The translations under genes were made by a program, and so were the position numbers. DNA of 64,000 bases from an uncultured Haliea sp. (GTDB lineage: Bacteria; Pseudomonadota; Gammaproteobacteria; Pseudomonadales; Halieaceae), in the NCBI GenBank assembly GCA_913062625.1, contig CAJXWP010000003.1:5640-69639 (forward strand), in the 5' to 3' direction. Of the stretch, positions 63,846 through 64,000 are shown piece after piece; the stretch's first letter is position 1, and each line of letters begins with the position of its first letter. The notes below the pieces were generated by a model. It worked only from the letters and a program-made list of their open reading frames with translations. It did not search any database and was not told the DNA's origin.

Positions 63846-63939
63846 CAGCAGACGAATAAAAATAATAGCTGCAGCAATAAAAATAATAAAGCTTGATATG
63901 GATCTGGATGGGGGAAGATATCTTCCCTTCATTTTTTTT
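63846..63939 (+). ncRNA. Short CrcZ-like Hfq/Crc-sequestering sRNA candidate
   Basis: Follows cbrB and a sigma54 promoter; two AATAAAAATAATA tracts; ends at a hairpin plus U8; 5' end estimated from the promoter. Confidence 0.72.
63912..63939 (+). terminator. Intrinsic terminator
   Basis: GGGAAGATATCTTCCC palindrome followed by TTCATTTTTTTT. Confidence 0.8.
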
Positions 63940-64000
63940 GCTTATTACGCTAAGACTCAAGGCAATTGCCTGAAGGTTGACGGGGGGTATAGGTATTCAA

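Overview
Chromosomal window of a Gammaproteobacterium. Gene content and synteny suggest Cellvibrionales/Halieaceae (OM60/NOR5); this is inference, not a database result. There are two housekeeping blocks. 1-16.6 kb: uup, cmoAB, miaB-phoH-ybeY-corC-lnt, leuS-lptE-holA. 45-64 kb: argG, pyrC-rnt, mpl, PPi-type pfk, ppa, dksA-gluQ-cbrX-cbrA-cbrB. Between them lies a ~28 kb variable region in which the SOS mutagenesis cassette is split into three units (imuA, imuB, and dnaE2 ~20.6 kb away), each with its own LexA box. That region also holds a sulfotransferase/APH-kinase/DUF1214/alkyl-sulfatase cluster, an array of tiny genes including an orphan encapsulin-type ferritin whose ATG appears replaced by ATT, mqo, efpL, and a non-coding stretch resembling an integrative-element or phage end. 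The best candidate for an undescribed element is a ~95-nt sigma54/CbrB-driven, A-rich, CrcZ-like RNA after cbrB, about a quarter the length of Pseudomonas CrcZ. I saw no rRNA, tRNA, CRISPR array or intact IS/integrase gene. All calls come from motif reading and recall of the families; no searches were run.
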